This document shows, piece after piece, positions 17,404 through 25,527 of a DNA stretch of 37,135 bases. Both the position numbers and the translations under genes were made by a program. The notes beneath the pieces were generated by a model. That model did no database searches. It worked only from the letters and a program-made list of their open reading frames with translations, and was not told the origin of the DNA. Every line of letters begins with the position of its first letter. Within the stretch, counting starts at the first letter, position 1. Source of the DNA: an uncultured Thermoplasmatales archaeon. Lineage in GTDB: Archaea; Thermoplasmatota; E2; UBA202; JdFR-43. Where the stretch lies: assembly GCA_964503915.1 (NCBI GenBank), contig CAZDCH010000002.1, forward strand, positions 1 to 37,135, in the 5' to 3' direction.

Positions 17404-17811
17404 GTGCGAATTAGGAAATGTGAAAAAAAGGATTTAGAAGAAATATATAAAATAGAAAGATTATCTTTTAAATATCCTTATCCTTCTTTTGTTTTCCATG
17501 AATATTTAGATAAATTATTTTTTGTTATCGAAGAAAATAATAAAATAGTTGGATATGTAATTGCAGATAATGAAAGAAATTTAATTGTGTCAATTGCTAT
17601 ACATCCAGATTATAGGAGAAAAGGATATGGAAAAATGTTAATGAGACATGTAATGAGATTTATGAGGGGAGAGATTATTTTACAGGTAAGAAAAAGCAAT
17701 AAAATTGCAATAAATTTCTATAAAAAATTAGGTTTTGAAGAAAAAACGGAATTGAAAAGATATTATATAGATGGAGAAGATGCGATTTTAATGTCTAAGA
17801 AGATAGATTGA
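17404..17811 (+). CDS. rimI: GNAT N-acetyltransferase, RimI-like
   Basis: 135 aa with a GTG start. The segment IAIHPDYRRKGYGKMLM is the Q/R-x-x-G-x-G/A acetyl-CoA motif. Size is typical of RimI. Confidence 0.75.
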   Translation: MRIRKCEKKDLEEIYKIERLSFKYPYPSFVFHEYLDKLFFVIEENNKIVGYVIADNERNLIVSIAIHPDYRRKGYGKMLMRHVMRFMRGEIILQVRKSNKIAINFYKKLGFEEKTELKRYYIDGEDAILMSKKID

Positions 17812-18115
17812 TTATTGCTTGCGCTATATCTCCGTTTGCTTCTTCTAAAGCTTTTCTTGCTTCTTCCTTACTTTTTCCAGTTTTTTCTGCAACTAATTCA
17901 ATATCTTCTTCTCTTATCTTTATTTTTATTTGTGGCTTACCAACAATTTGATAGGTCTTTTGTCCTTTCATTTCCATTACATTTACTATTGGATTTTCAA
18001 AAATATATTTTTTATCTAAAGTTTCAATAATTACTTTTTCAGCTTTTATTTCTTTAATATTGATTCCCATTTTTTTCATTGCAAGCCTAATCTGTCTATC
18101 ATCTAATGGAAGCAT
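17795..18115 (-). CDS. nac: Nascent polypeptide-associated complex protein (archaeal NAC, NAC plus UBA domains)
   Basis: 106 aa with MKKMGINIKEI...VIIE...NPIVNVMEMKGQKTYQIVG and a C-terminal UBA-like EEARKALEEANGDIAQAI. Confidence 0.85.
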   Translation of the reverse strand: MLPLDDRQIRLAMKKMGINIKEIKAEKVIIETLDKKYIFENPIVNVMEMKGQKTYQIVGKPQIKIKIREEDIELVAEKTGKSKEEARKALEEANGDIAQAIINLSS

Positions 18116-18237
18116 GAAAATAAATAATGCCGTAATATAAATGAGTTTGCAATTTTCGCCTCATAAAACAAATGTTTGCCACATAAAACAAAAGATTCGT
18201 AAACAAAACAATTATTTATAAATAATAAATCAAAATC

Positions 18238-19635
18238 ATGCATGTACTGGATAAAAATGCTGAATATTTAGGAATAAAAACAGAACAATTAATGGAAAAT
18301 GCTGGAAAAATTGTGGCAGAAGAAGCTAAAAAATATAATAAGAAATGGCTAATTTTATGCGGTCCTGGAAACAATGGAGGAGATGGATATGTTGCAGCTC
18401 GTTATTTAAGAAATTGCTTTATTATAGCAATTTCAAAGCCAAAAACTATGCTCGCAATAAAAAATTATAGGAGGGCAAAATCTATAGGAATACCTATATT
18501 TAAATATGATAAGAAAAAATTTGTTCAATTACTAAATGAATGTGATGCAATAATAGATGCAATGCTTGGCGTTGGAATAAAAGGGGAATTAAAAGAGCCA
18601 TACAAAGAAATTGTAAAATTGGTTAATGATTCAAAAAAATTTGTTTTAGCAATAGATGTGCCAACTGGATTTGGAACAAAGATTTCTATAAAACCAAATG
18701 TTACAGTTACTTTCCATTCAATAAAAGAAGGAATGAATGAAAAAAATTGTGGAAGAATCGTTTTGGCAGATATTGGCATACCAAAAGAAGCTGAGGAATA
18801 TGTTGGTATAGGGGATTTAATTTATTATCAAAAGCCAAGAAAAGAGAGTCATAAAGGAGAAAATGGCGTAGTAGCCATTATAGGAGGTGGGCCTTATACG
18901 GGAGCGCCTGCTTTAGCTGGATTGGCTGCTTTAAGAACAGGATGCGATTTAACATACATATGCTGCCCTCATCAAGCATGGCAAGTTATTGCTTCTTTTT
19001 CTCCAAATTTAATTGTTAAAAAAATGCATGGTGAAGTTTTTACTCCTGCTGATATAAGAGAAATTGAGGAAATTGTTGAAAAAGCAGATGCTATTTTGCT
19101 TGGCCCTGGATTGGGAGGAAAAGAAATTACAAAAGATGCTTGTAGGAATTTAGTTGAGAAATATATTGATGAAAAATTTTTTGTTATAGATGCTGATGCA
19201 ATAGAAGCTTTAAAAGATATAGATTGCAATGGCAATATTATTTTCACTCCTCATGTTAGCGAGTTTAAGAAACTTACTGGAATAAAGCTACCAGAAGATT
19301 TAAAAGAAAGAAAAGAAATAGTAAAAAAAGAAGCAAGAAAAAGAAATGCAGTTATTTTACTTAAAAGCTATATTGATATAATAAGTGATGGAGAAAAAGT
19401 TAAGATGAATAGAATTCATAATGAAGCAATGACAGTTGGAGGAACAGGAGATGTTTTAGCTGGCATTACAGTTGCTTTACTTTCTAAGGGCATAAAGCCT
19501 TTCTATGCAGCTTGCATGGCGGCATTTATAAATGGAATGGCGGGAAATATTGCATTTGAAGAAAAAAGCTATGGAATGTTGGCAAGCGATATCATAGAAA
19601 AAATACCAGAAGTTATAAAAAGATATGTGGAATAG
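18238..19635 (+). CDS. nnr: Bifunctional NAD(P)H-hydrate repair enzyme (epimerase/ADP-dependent dehydratase)
   Basis: 465 aa. The YjeF-N part has GPGNNGGDGYV. The YjeF-C part has HKGENGVVAIIGGGPYTGAPALA and GTGDVLAG. Confidence 0.9.
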   Translation: MHVLDKNAEYLGIKTEQLMENAGKIVAEEAKKYNKKWLILCGPGNNGGDGYVAARYLRNCFIIAISKPKTMLAIKNYRRAKSIGIPIFKYDKKKFVQLLNECDAIIDAMLGVGIKGELKEPYKEIVKLVNDSKKFVLAIDVPTGFGTKISIKPNVTVTFHSIKEGMNEKNCGRIVLADIGIPKEAEEYVGIGDLIYYQKPRKESHKGENGVVAIIGGGPYTGAPALAGLAALRTGCDLTYICCPHQAWQVIASFSPNLIVKKMHGEVFTPADIREIEEIVEKADAILLGPGLGGKEITKDACRNLVEKYIDEKFFVIDADAIEALKDIDCNGNIIFTPHVSEFKKLTGIKLPEDLKERKEIVKKEARKRNAVILLKSYIDIISDGEKVKMNRIHNEAMTVGGTGDVLAGITVALLSKGIKPFYAACMAAFINGMAGNIAFEEKSYGMLASDIIEKIPEVIKRYVE

Positions 19636-19666
19636 AGCTATAAGCAAATAAAATATAAAATATAAA

Positions 19667-20668
19667 TTACATAGGAGTAGCCCAGCTTTCATCATCTTTA
19701 TATATTGCTTTTCCAAGCTTAACATCTCCTTTTATTAATGGCACAGGCTTTTTTATTGCTTCTATTCTATATAAAGCTGATTTATACCAATTGTAATCGC
19801 TCTTTATTTTCAATTTTTTAACTATTGGCAATTTTTCTTGAAATTGGAAAAAATTGCTTCCATCATCAGGATAAACTTGGAATTTTCTCCTTATATCGGT
19901 TATAACAAATCCCATATCGTATATCATCTTTTGTATTTCATACCATTTTTTACGGGATGCTTCTAAAGTAGTTAGGCCAAAATAGCCAGAGCAACCTTTT
20001 CCTTTTAATGAAGCTACTGCTCTAGACAAAAATAATTTTATTCCAGGCAAGGTTTCAACTGGATCAGTTACAAAAACGTCAAATTTCCCTTGAAAATCTC
20101 TTATTTCATATTGAAAATCTTGAACATATGCTTCAACATTCAGCTTATATTTTTTAGCTATGCCATTTATAAAATCAATGAGCCTTTCATCTATATCAAC
20201 AGCCACAATTTGTTTTGGCAATCCTGTTAAAGCCAAAGCAATGCTAAATAAATCATCATCTCCAGCAACAAATATCTTTCCATATATATCTCCTCTTTCC
20301 ATCATAAAAGCTAATTTTCTAAGAATAGCATTTATTCCAATATAACCTTGGTCATATTTTTCTATTGGCTTGGGGCGATGCTTAGCAATATTTTCATATT
20401 TTTTCTTTATCTCGCCAATAATTTTATATCCTGTTCCGTCACAAAACTTGCATTTATATTCCTTAAAAATATTATTTTTTAATAACTTCTCTCCTTTTTC
20501 CGTCAGTTTAACTATTCCATCTGATATTTTTAAAATTTCTTTTTTTTCCATCTCCTTTAATTTTTTAAAAAATTCGGGCAAAGAAGCGTCTTGGAAATCA
20601 ATAATTTCCCATATTGATGCTTTACCAGCAGAAAGAATAGAAAGGATTTGATTTTTTATTCTGTCCAC
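19667..20668 (-). CDS. bpsA: DUF43-family aminopropyltransferase, BpsA-like (N4-bis(aminopropyl)spermidine synthase)
   Basis: 333 aa with an N-terminal wHTH-like part, a CKFCDG segment and a Rossmann-like VAGDDDLFSIALALTG..IVAVDIDERLI. It lies directly downstream of speH on the same strand. Confidence 0.65.
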   Translation of the reverse strand: MDRIKNQILSILSAGKASIWEIIDFQDASLPEFFKKLKEMEKKEILKISDGIVKLTEKGEKLLKNNIFKEYKCKFCDGTGYKIIGEIKKKYENIAKHRPKPIEKYDQGYIGINAILRKLAFMMERGDIYGKIFVAGDDDLFSIALALTGLPKQIVAVDIDERLIDFINGIAKKYKLNVEAYVQDFQYEIRDFQGKFDVFVTDPVETLPGIKLFLSRAVASLKGKGCSGYFGLTTLEASRKKWYEIQKMIYDMGFVITDIRRKFQVYPDDGSNFFQFQEKLPIVKKLKIKSDYNWYKSALYRIEAIKKPVPLIKGDVKLGKAIYKDDESWATPM

Positions 20669-20680
20669 TCTACCCCCTAC

Positions 20681-21022
20681 TTATCCTCTATCTAATACAT
20701 AATGTTTATAATTTCTTGGTTTAAGATATTTAATAAAAGCATCAAAAGCTTTATGTGCTTGTTGAGGATCACCACAAGTAAAAATATCTAAATTTACAAG
20801 CTCATATTCTGGCCAAGTATGAATTGAAATATGTGATTCTGAAATCAAAATTATACCAGTTACTCCATGGGGGTTGAACTGCTTATAAAGAGAGCCAACT
20901 ACTTCTACTTTAGCCTCTTCAATTACCTTTTCCATTATTTGTTTTACTTGTTCTTCCTTAGATATTAAATCTTTTGATACGCCGTATAACTCAGCTATTA
21001 TATGTCTACCTAATACTTTCAT
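20681..21022 (-). CDS. speH: S-adenosylmethionine decarboxylase proenzyme (pyruvoyl type, SpeH)
   Basis: MKVLGRHIIAELYGV... with the self-cleavage site ISESHISIHTWPEY. The track start is GTG at 21031. ATG at 21022 is preceded by GAGGTGAT, a match to the 16S 3' end. Confidence 0.9.
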   Translation of the reverse strand: MKVLGRHIIAELYGVSKDLISKEEQVKQIMEKVIEEAKVEVVGSLYKQFNPHGVTGIILISESHISIHTWPEYELVNLDIFTCGDPQQAHKAFDAFIKYLKPRNYKHYVLDRG

Positions 21023-21107
21023 TGTTATCACCTCTGGGGGTGAGTTATTGCAATTTTAAAATTTTTTCTGTAGACAACCCCCGAATTTTTGTAAATATAC
21101 ATTCTTT

Positions 21108-21827
21108 TTAAATTTTTCGCCTCGTTTCTATGATTTCTTTAAATTCTAAAGCATTTTTTAACATTTTAGTATTGTTGAACATGCAATATACTTCTCTATC
21201 TTTTTTACATATTTCATATAATTTTTTCAATTCATCTATACTGTAATCATAATTGTACCCTCCTATTCCATGAAGCCTGTAATATTTTATTTTTCCATAA
21301 CAACTTTCATTTTTGAAAGCATCGACACAATGTATTAAATCAAATTCTTCGCATATTTCCAATACTGTTTCTTTTTTCCATTCCCCTCTTACCTCCCATG
21401 CATAAGTAAATTTTTTTCCAATACTGCTAAAAAATTGTTTTAAATTGCTAACATTTTCTTCATTTTCTTTAAAGGCTGCTGGACATTGAAAAACAATTAA
21501 TTTTGCATTTAATTCTTTTGCAAATTCCTTACATTTTTCCCATGCTTCAAAGACTTCATTAGTTGGCTTAAAAAAACCATATTTATCTTTTTTTTCTTCC
21601 TCTATTTTTATTCCAGCTTTTCTATAAGTTGGGCTTGTCGGCTTATGAGTTATAAGTTGCCATGCTTTCATTGTATATTCAAAATTAGCTGGTGCTTCTT
21701 CCCTCCACTTTTTTGCTGTTTCTATTTTTGGCAATTTATAAAAAGTTTGCTGTATTTCAACAACTTCAAATTTTTTAAAATAATCCTGCTTTTTTCCTTG
21801 AAATCCACAACATCCTACCTTTATCAT
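21108..21827 (-). CDS. DUF72 (UPF0759) family protein
   Basis: 239 aa with a family-typical N-terminus (IKVGCCGF...FEVVEIQQTFYKLP) and YYRLHG. It overlaps the tyrS stop by 4 nt. Confidence 0.8.
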   Translation of the reverse strand: MIKVGCCGFQGKKQDYFKKFEVVEIQQTFYKLPKIETAKKWREEAPANFEYTMKAWQLITHKPTSPTYRKAGIKIEEEKKDKYGFFKPTNEVFEAWEKCKEFAKELNAKLIVFQCPAAFKENEENVSNLKQFFSSIGKKFTYAWEVRGEWKKETVLEICEEFDLIHCVDAFKNESCYGKIKYYRLHGIGGYNYDYSIDELKKLYEICKKDREVYCMFNNTKMLKNALEFKEIIETRRKI

Positions 21828-22813
21828 TTATTCATATAAGAAAGAAGCATTTCTAAATTTTTTGGATGATTTTTGAAATAATTTCTTATTGGTGAAAGAA
21901 TTTTTTCCAAATATTCTGCAACAGCTTCTTTTAAATCTAATGGATGTAATTCCTTGCTAATAAATTTTTTTTCCAAATCATTCAATTTTAAAGATAATCC
22001 TTTTATTTCTATTTCATTAAAATGTTGAAAAATAATGTGTTTTGTTATTTCAATAACCGGATTTTCTTCTATAATTCCTTCTGGACAATATGCTTTTCTC
22101 AATTTTTTATATATTGTTTCATAATCATCATGAATAAAAATTGCTGAAGATGGTTTTGATTTGGACATTTTTGTATCCATTCTTTCTTTTGCTTGTAAGC
22201 TTGAAATTATAGGAGTATGCAATGCTATTGGCTTTTTCATTTTAAGCTTCTTGCAAACATCTCTAGCAAGCATGTGAGCATGTCTTTGGTCTAATCCTCC
22301 TAAAGCAGCATCTACACCTAAATAAAATATGTCTGCTACTTGCATTAAGGGATAGAAAAATTTAGAAACATCTTTTTCAGCTTCTTCAGCTTTTCTTCCC
22401 ATTATATCCATTGCTCTTTTTACTCTTGCAAGGGTTGTTTCCTTTGCTATTTTTAAAACTAAATGCCAGTAATTATCATCTTTTACTAAATCGCTTGCAT
22501 ATACATATTCTATTCCCTTTACTCCCATTGCATTAAATGCATCTTTAATATACTCCCCACACGTTTTTATTGCATCAATATCTCCATTTAATTTATCATT
22601 AATCCATGCATGCCAATCTGCGAGCAAAATTTTAACATCAAAGCCAGCTTTAACTAAATCTTTAACTTTATCAGCGCACATAAGCCACCCTAAATGAACT
22701 AAGCCAGATGGTTCAAATCCTATATATGCTTTCTTTTCTTTCTTTTTCATTAGTTCCTTTAATTCTTGTAAAGTTACAACTTCTTTCAAATTTCTTGTAA
22801 CAATGTCGATCAT
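21824..22813 (-). CDS. tyrS: Tyrosine--tRNA ligase, archaeal type
   Basis: 329 aa, collinear from memory with M. jannaschii TyrRS (AYIGFEPSG.VHLG, ILLAD.HA, YPLMQV.DI.YLGVD, KMSKSKP, KELHP.DLK.AVAE). Confidence 0.92.
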   Translation of the reverse strand: MIDIVTRNLKEVVTLQELKELMKKKEKKAYIGFEPSGLVHLGWLMCADKVKDLVKAGFDVKILLADWHAWINDKLNGDIDAIKTCGEYIKDAFNAMGVKGIEYVYASDLVKDDNYWHLVLKIAKETTLARVKRAMDIMGRKAEEAEKDVSKFFYPLMQVADIFYLGVDAALGGLDQRHAHMLARDVCKKLKMKKPIALHTPIISSLQAKERMDTKMSKSKPSSAIFIHDDYETIYKKLRKAYCPEGIIEENPVIEITKHIIFQHFNEIEIKGLSLKLNDLEKKFISKELHPLDLKEAVAEYLEKILSPIRNYFKNHPKNLEMLLSYMNK

Positions 22814-22924
22814 AATTGCTTATGAAAAAAAGGTATAAGAAAATTTTGTGGTAAGGTTAAACTGAGGATTTCAAAGACAGCTAATTGTTTTTATTCAACT
22901 TTAAATAAATAAAGTTATTATAGC

Positions 22925-23515
22925 ATGGATTTGCTATTATTCATTGCAACAGTTATTCTTGTTTCATTAAGTGGTGTGCTTATGCCCGGGCCCATTTTCG
23001 CCACTGCTTTGGCAGAGGGAAGGAAAAATAAGCATGCTGGATTGCTTATTGCAAGCGGACATGCTGCCATAGAAGTGCCAATAATAATTGCATTATTCCT
23101 TTTTGGGAAATTTGAATTAGGAGAAATGAAAACAATAATTGGATTAATAGGAGGTATATTTCTTATTTATCTTGCATTTTCTTCTTTGAAGGAAAAAGAT
23201 GATGAAAAGACAATAAGGGGATTTTTTGCGGGAATTGCTTTAAGTTCTTTAAATCCATATTTTATAATGTGGTGGCTAACAATAGGGTTTACTTTAGCAA
23301 TAAAAGCAAATCCGTTTGGATTTTTAGGCTTGATATCATTAATCATTTTTCATGAGTTGTGCGATTATTCGTGGTATGAATTCATATCTCTATTTTCATA
23401 TCATGGAGCAAAATTTGATGCAATTAAAAAAATAACTAAGGCAGTCTCATTTATTTTGCTTATTTTCTTTGGCATTTACTTCATTTATGATGCTCTTTCT
23501 CCCATTTTTTCCTGA
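22925..23515 (+). CDS. LysE/RhtB-family amino-acid exporter
   Basis: 196 aa with about six hydrophobic helices. The N-terminal SGVLMPGPIFA is typical of the LysE family. Confidence 0.8.
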   Translation: MDLLLFIATVILVSLSGVLMPGPIFATALAEGRKNKHAGLLIASGHAAIEVPIIIALFLFGKFELGEMKTIIGLIGGIFLIYLAFSSLKEKDDEKTIRGFFAGIALSSLNPYFIMWWLTIGFTLAIKANPFGFLGLISLIIFHELCDYSWYEFISLFSYHGAKFDAIKKITKAVSFILLIFFGIYFIYDALSPIFS

Positions 23516-23651
23516 TTTCTTTAGCAAGTTCACCATCTTCAATAATAACAACACCAATATAACCACAATCCTTGCAACGCCATTTGCTCCATATTTGAGG
23601 CAATACCCATTCTACATTTGGGGAACCACATCTTGGGCAATATTTCGCCAT
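23481..23651 (-). CDS. Small Zn-ribbon protein (56 aa), absent from the ORF track
   Basis: My reverse-strand translation reads MAKYCPRCGSPNVEWVLPQIWSKWRCKDCGYIGVVIIEDGELAKEIRKKWEKEHHK*. It has a CPRC...CKDC pair. It is a better explanation of this stretch than the low-complexity + strand ORF 23469..23681. Confidence 0.55.
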   Translation of the reverse strand: MAKYCPRCGSPNVEWVLPQIWSKWRCKDCGYIGVVIIEDGELAKEIRKKWEKEHHK

Positions 23652-23845
23652 AATTTTATTAAAAATTTAGTATATAAATAACATTGAGTTTAAAAGGATA
23701 AGTAATTTTTATAAAAAAGTATAGGAAAGTTCCTATAAAATAAGTATGAAGTCTTCCCAACTGATGAAGAGTTTGAACATAATCTTATTTTTATCAAGGG
23801 CTTTTATTTGTCTTTTGCTTTTAGATGAAAAAAGAATTTTATAAT

Positions 23846-24049
23846 TCATTCAAATACTTCGTCAAAAGAATAAACTTCTCCCCTCTCTCTTTCATCAATT
23901 GCCTTTATAATATCTTTCATGTCCTCATCTGTCAAGATTTCATCTCTATTTAATATTTTAACTATTAATTCATCCGATTCTATTTTAGCTGGCTTAATTA
24001 TCCTCAGTAAACCATCCTCGTATATAGCATCTATTCTTTCCCTCTTCAT
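23846..24049 (-). CDS. DUF104-like (VapB-type) antitoxin-like small protein with no adjacent toxin
   Basis: The N-terminus IDAIYEDGLLRIIKP matches the (A/G)IYENGVLKPL signature I associate with DUF104/AF2212-like antitoxins. The track start at 24064 is TTG. ATG at 24049 (MKRERIDAIY) is preferred. Confidence 0.5.
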   Translation of the reverse strand: MKRERIDAIYEDGLLRIIKPAKIESDELIVKILNRDEILTDEDMKDIIKAIDERERGEVYSFDEVFE

Positions 24050-24178
24050 ATGTAATTTAAACAAATTTGCTTATAAAAACTTTGTTGGAACTTACAACAA
24101 TTATAAAAGAATTAAAGCTAGCCACTTGTTGTAAAATTTGTAGGAGTATCCTAAGAGTAAAGAAAAGAATTTATTTAT

Positions 24179-24270
24179 AAATCCATGCTAATCAATTTCT
24201 TCATAATTATTCGATATATGTTGCGTTAAAATAAGCAATAAGTTTATAAAAAAGTAAAGATTTAAAAAAA
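24179..24270. repeat. Degenerate copy of the promoter and first codons of the PKD-protein gene (partner copy 26519..26614)
   Basis: Shared aaatccatgcta...atcaatttc...tcata.ttatt...gatatat...ttgcg... and an exact 19-mer aaagtaaagatttaaaaaa (24251-24269 and 26596-26614). In the lower copy the reverse-strand ATG opens only MKKLISMDL*. Confidence 0.7.
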
Positions 24271-24294
24271 TTGGGAGGAGGAGATAAAGAATTT

Positions 24295-25527
24295 TCATTC
24301 TATCCGATATTCCTCGCTTTCCAAGCAGAAATTGTGTAATATCTCTTTACTTATTAAATCTGCATGTTGAAAAGGACATATGTTGCAAAAGCTTTGATTT
24401 TTTATTGGATGCCAATCAAAATTTACCCATGGAATTGTAAATATTTTACCAAAAATTATTTTTGGTCCAATACCTATCCAATTATCCCAATAATTTCTAT
24501 CCCATCTATTTAAAAAGGAGTTAACAAAATATGCTTGCCTCTTGTTATTTAGAAATTTATTATACATTATCAAATTTTTTGTGCTTCTGTATATTAAAAG
24601 GCCGTTTGTGTTATTTAAAATAACATTATTCATAATAGAATTATTGAGAGAGCTACTCAGCGTAATTCCAGCTTCTTGATTAGAAATAGTATTATTTTCT
24701 ATCTTTGTATCATTAGTTTTTACTAGTGAAATACCACATTCATTATTTGAAACATTATTTTCTATAATAGAATTATTAACTGAATCAAGTATACATATGC
24801 CGCTTCCAATAAATGCTTCTATACCGATATTGCGATATATTTTATTATTTATGATAATGTTATCATTAGATTTATAAATTTCTATTCCTATTTGATTTGA
24901 AACTATACTATTATTTTTTATAATATTTTTATCTGATGAATCTAAATCTATGCCATCGCATTTATTCTGAAAAATGAAGTTATTTAAAATAAGATTATTA
25001 TATGAAAGATAAAGATGTATGCCAACCCATCTATTTAAAGTAAAAGTATTTCTTTCGATATAATTGCTATTACAAGAGTTAATAATTATTCCATAAGAAC
25101 TATTTATTAAAATATTATTTTTTATGATAGTATTGTTTGCTTCTATATAGATGCTGGAAAATTTTTTTCTATTTTTTACTGTAAAGCCTGTTATTACAAC
25201 ATTATCTGCAAAAACTTCTATGGCATGCAATTTACCATTTCCAATAATCATAGTGGTGCTTTTATTTTCGCCTTTTAACATAATGGGCTTGTAAATAACA
25301 ACATTTTCATAATATGGTGAGGAATCATCATATACAAAAATTGTATCTCCAGGCATTGCATCATTTATTGCATCTTGTATACTGCTATAGTTGCCCGGGC
25401 CATCTCCTCCTACATATAAGGTGCGATTTAATAACCGATTGTTTGAATAGGTGAAACTGTTACTATTAATGAACAAAAAGCTAACAAATATTGGAAAAAT
25501 CCATCTACTACTGATTATTACCCTCAT
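24295..25527 (-). CDS. Secreted right-handed parallel beta-helix repeat protein (NosD/pectate-lyase-fold like)
   Basis: Repeats of roughly 22 aa of the form N.I..N...GI.l..S..N.I..N run throughout. The signal-like N-terminus is MRVIISSRWIFPIFVSFLF. The track start is 25548. ATG at 25527 forms an ATGA overlap with the upstream stop. Confidence 0.85.
   Translation of the reverse strand: MRVIISSRWIFPIFVSFLFINSNSFTYSNNRLLNRTLYVGGDGPGNYSSIQDAINDAMPGDTIFVYDDSSPYYENVVIYKPIMLKGENKSTTMIIGNGKLHAIEVFADNVVITGFTVKNRKKFSSIYIEANNTIIKNNILINSSYGIIINSCNSNYIERNTFTLNRWVGIHLYLSYNNLILNNFIFQNKCDGIDLDSSDKNIIKNNSIVSNQIGIEIYKSNDNIIINNKIYRNIGIEAFIGSGICILDSVNNSIIENNVSNNECGISLVKTNDTKIENNTISNQEAGITLSSSLNNSIMNNVILNNTNGLLIYRSTKNLIMYNKFLNNKRQAYFVNSFLNRWDRNYWDNWIGIGPKIIFGKIFTIPWVNFDWHPIKNQSFCNICPFQHADLISKEILHNFCLESEEYRIE

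Noticed and set aside
23469-23681. 70-aa + strand ORF overlapping the LysE gene end.
   Set aside because: It is low-complexity (FFPDFFSKFTIFNNNNTNITT). The opposite strand encodes a clean C4 Zn-ribbon mini-protein, which explains the open frame.
23720-23737. Resemblance of TATAGGAA/TTCCTATA to FRT recombinase-site arms.
   Set aside because: The arm orientation and 2-nt spacer differ from an FRT site. No tyrosine recombinase is nearby. I treat it only as a generic palindrome.
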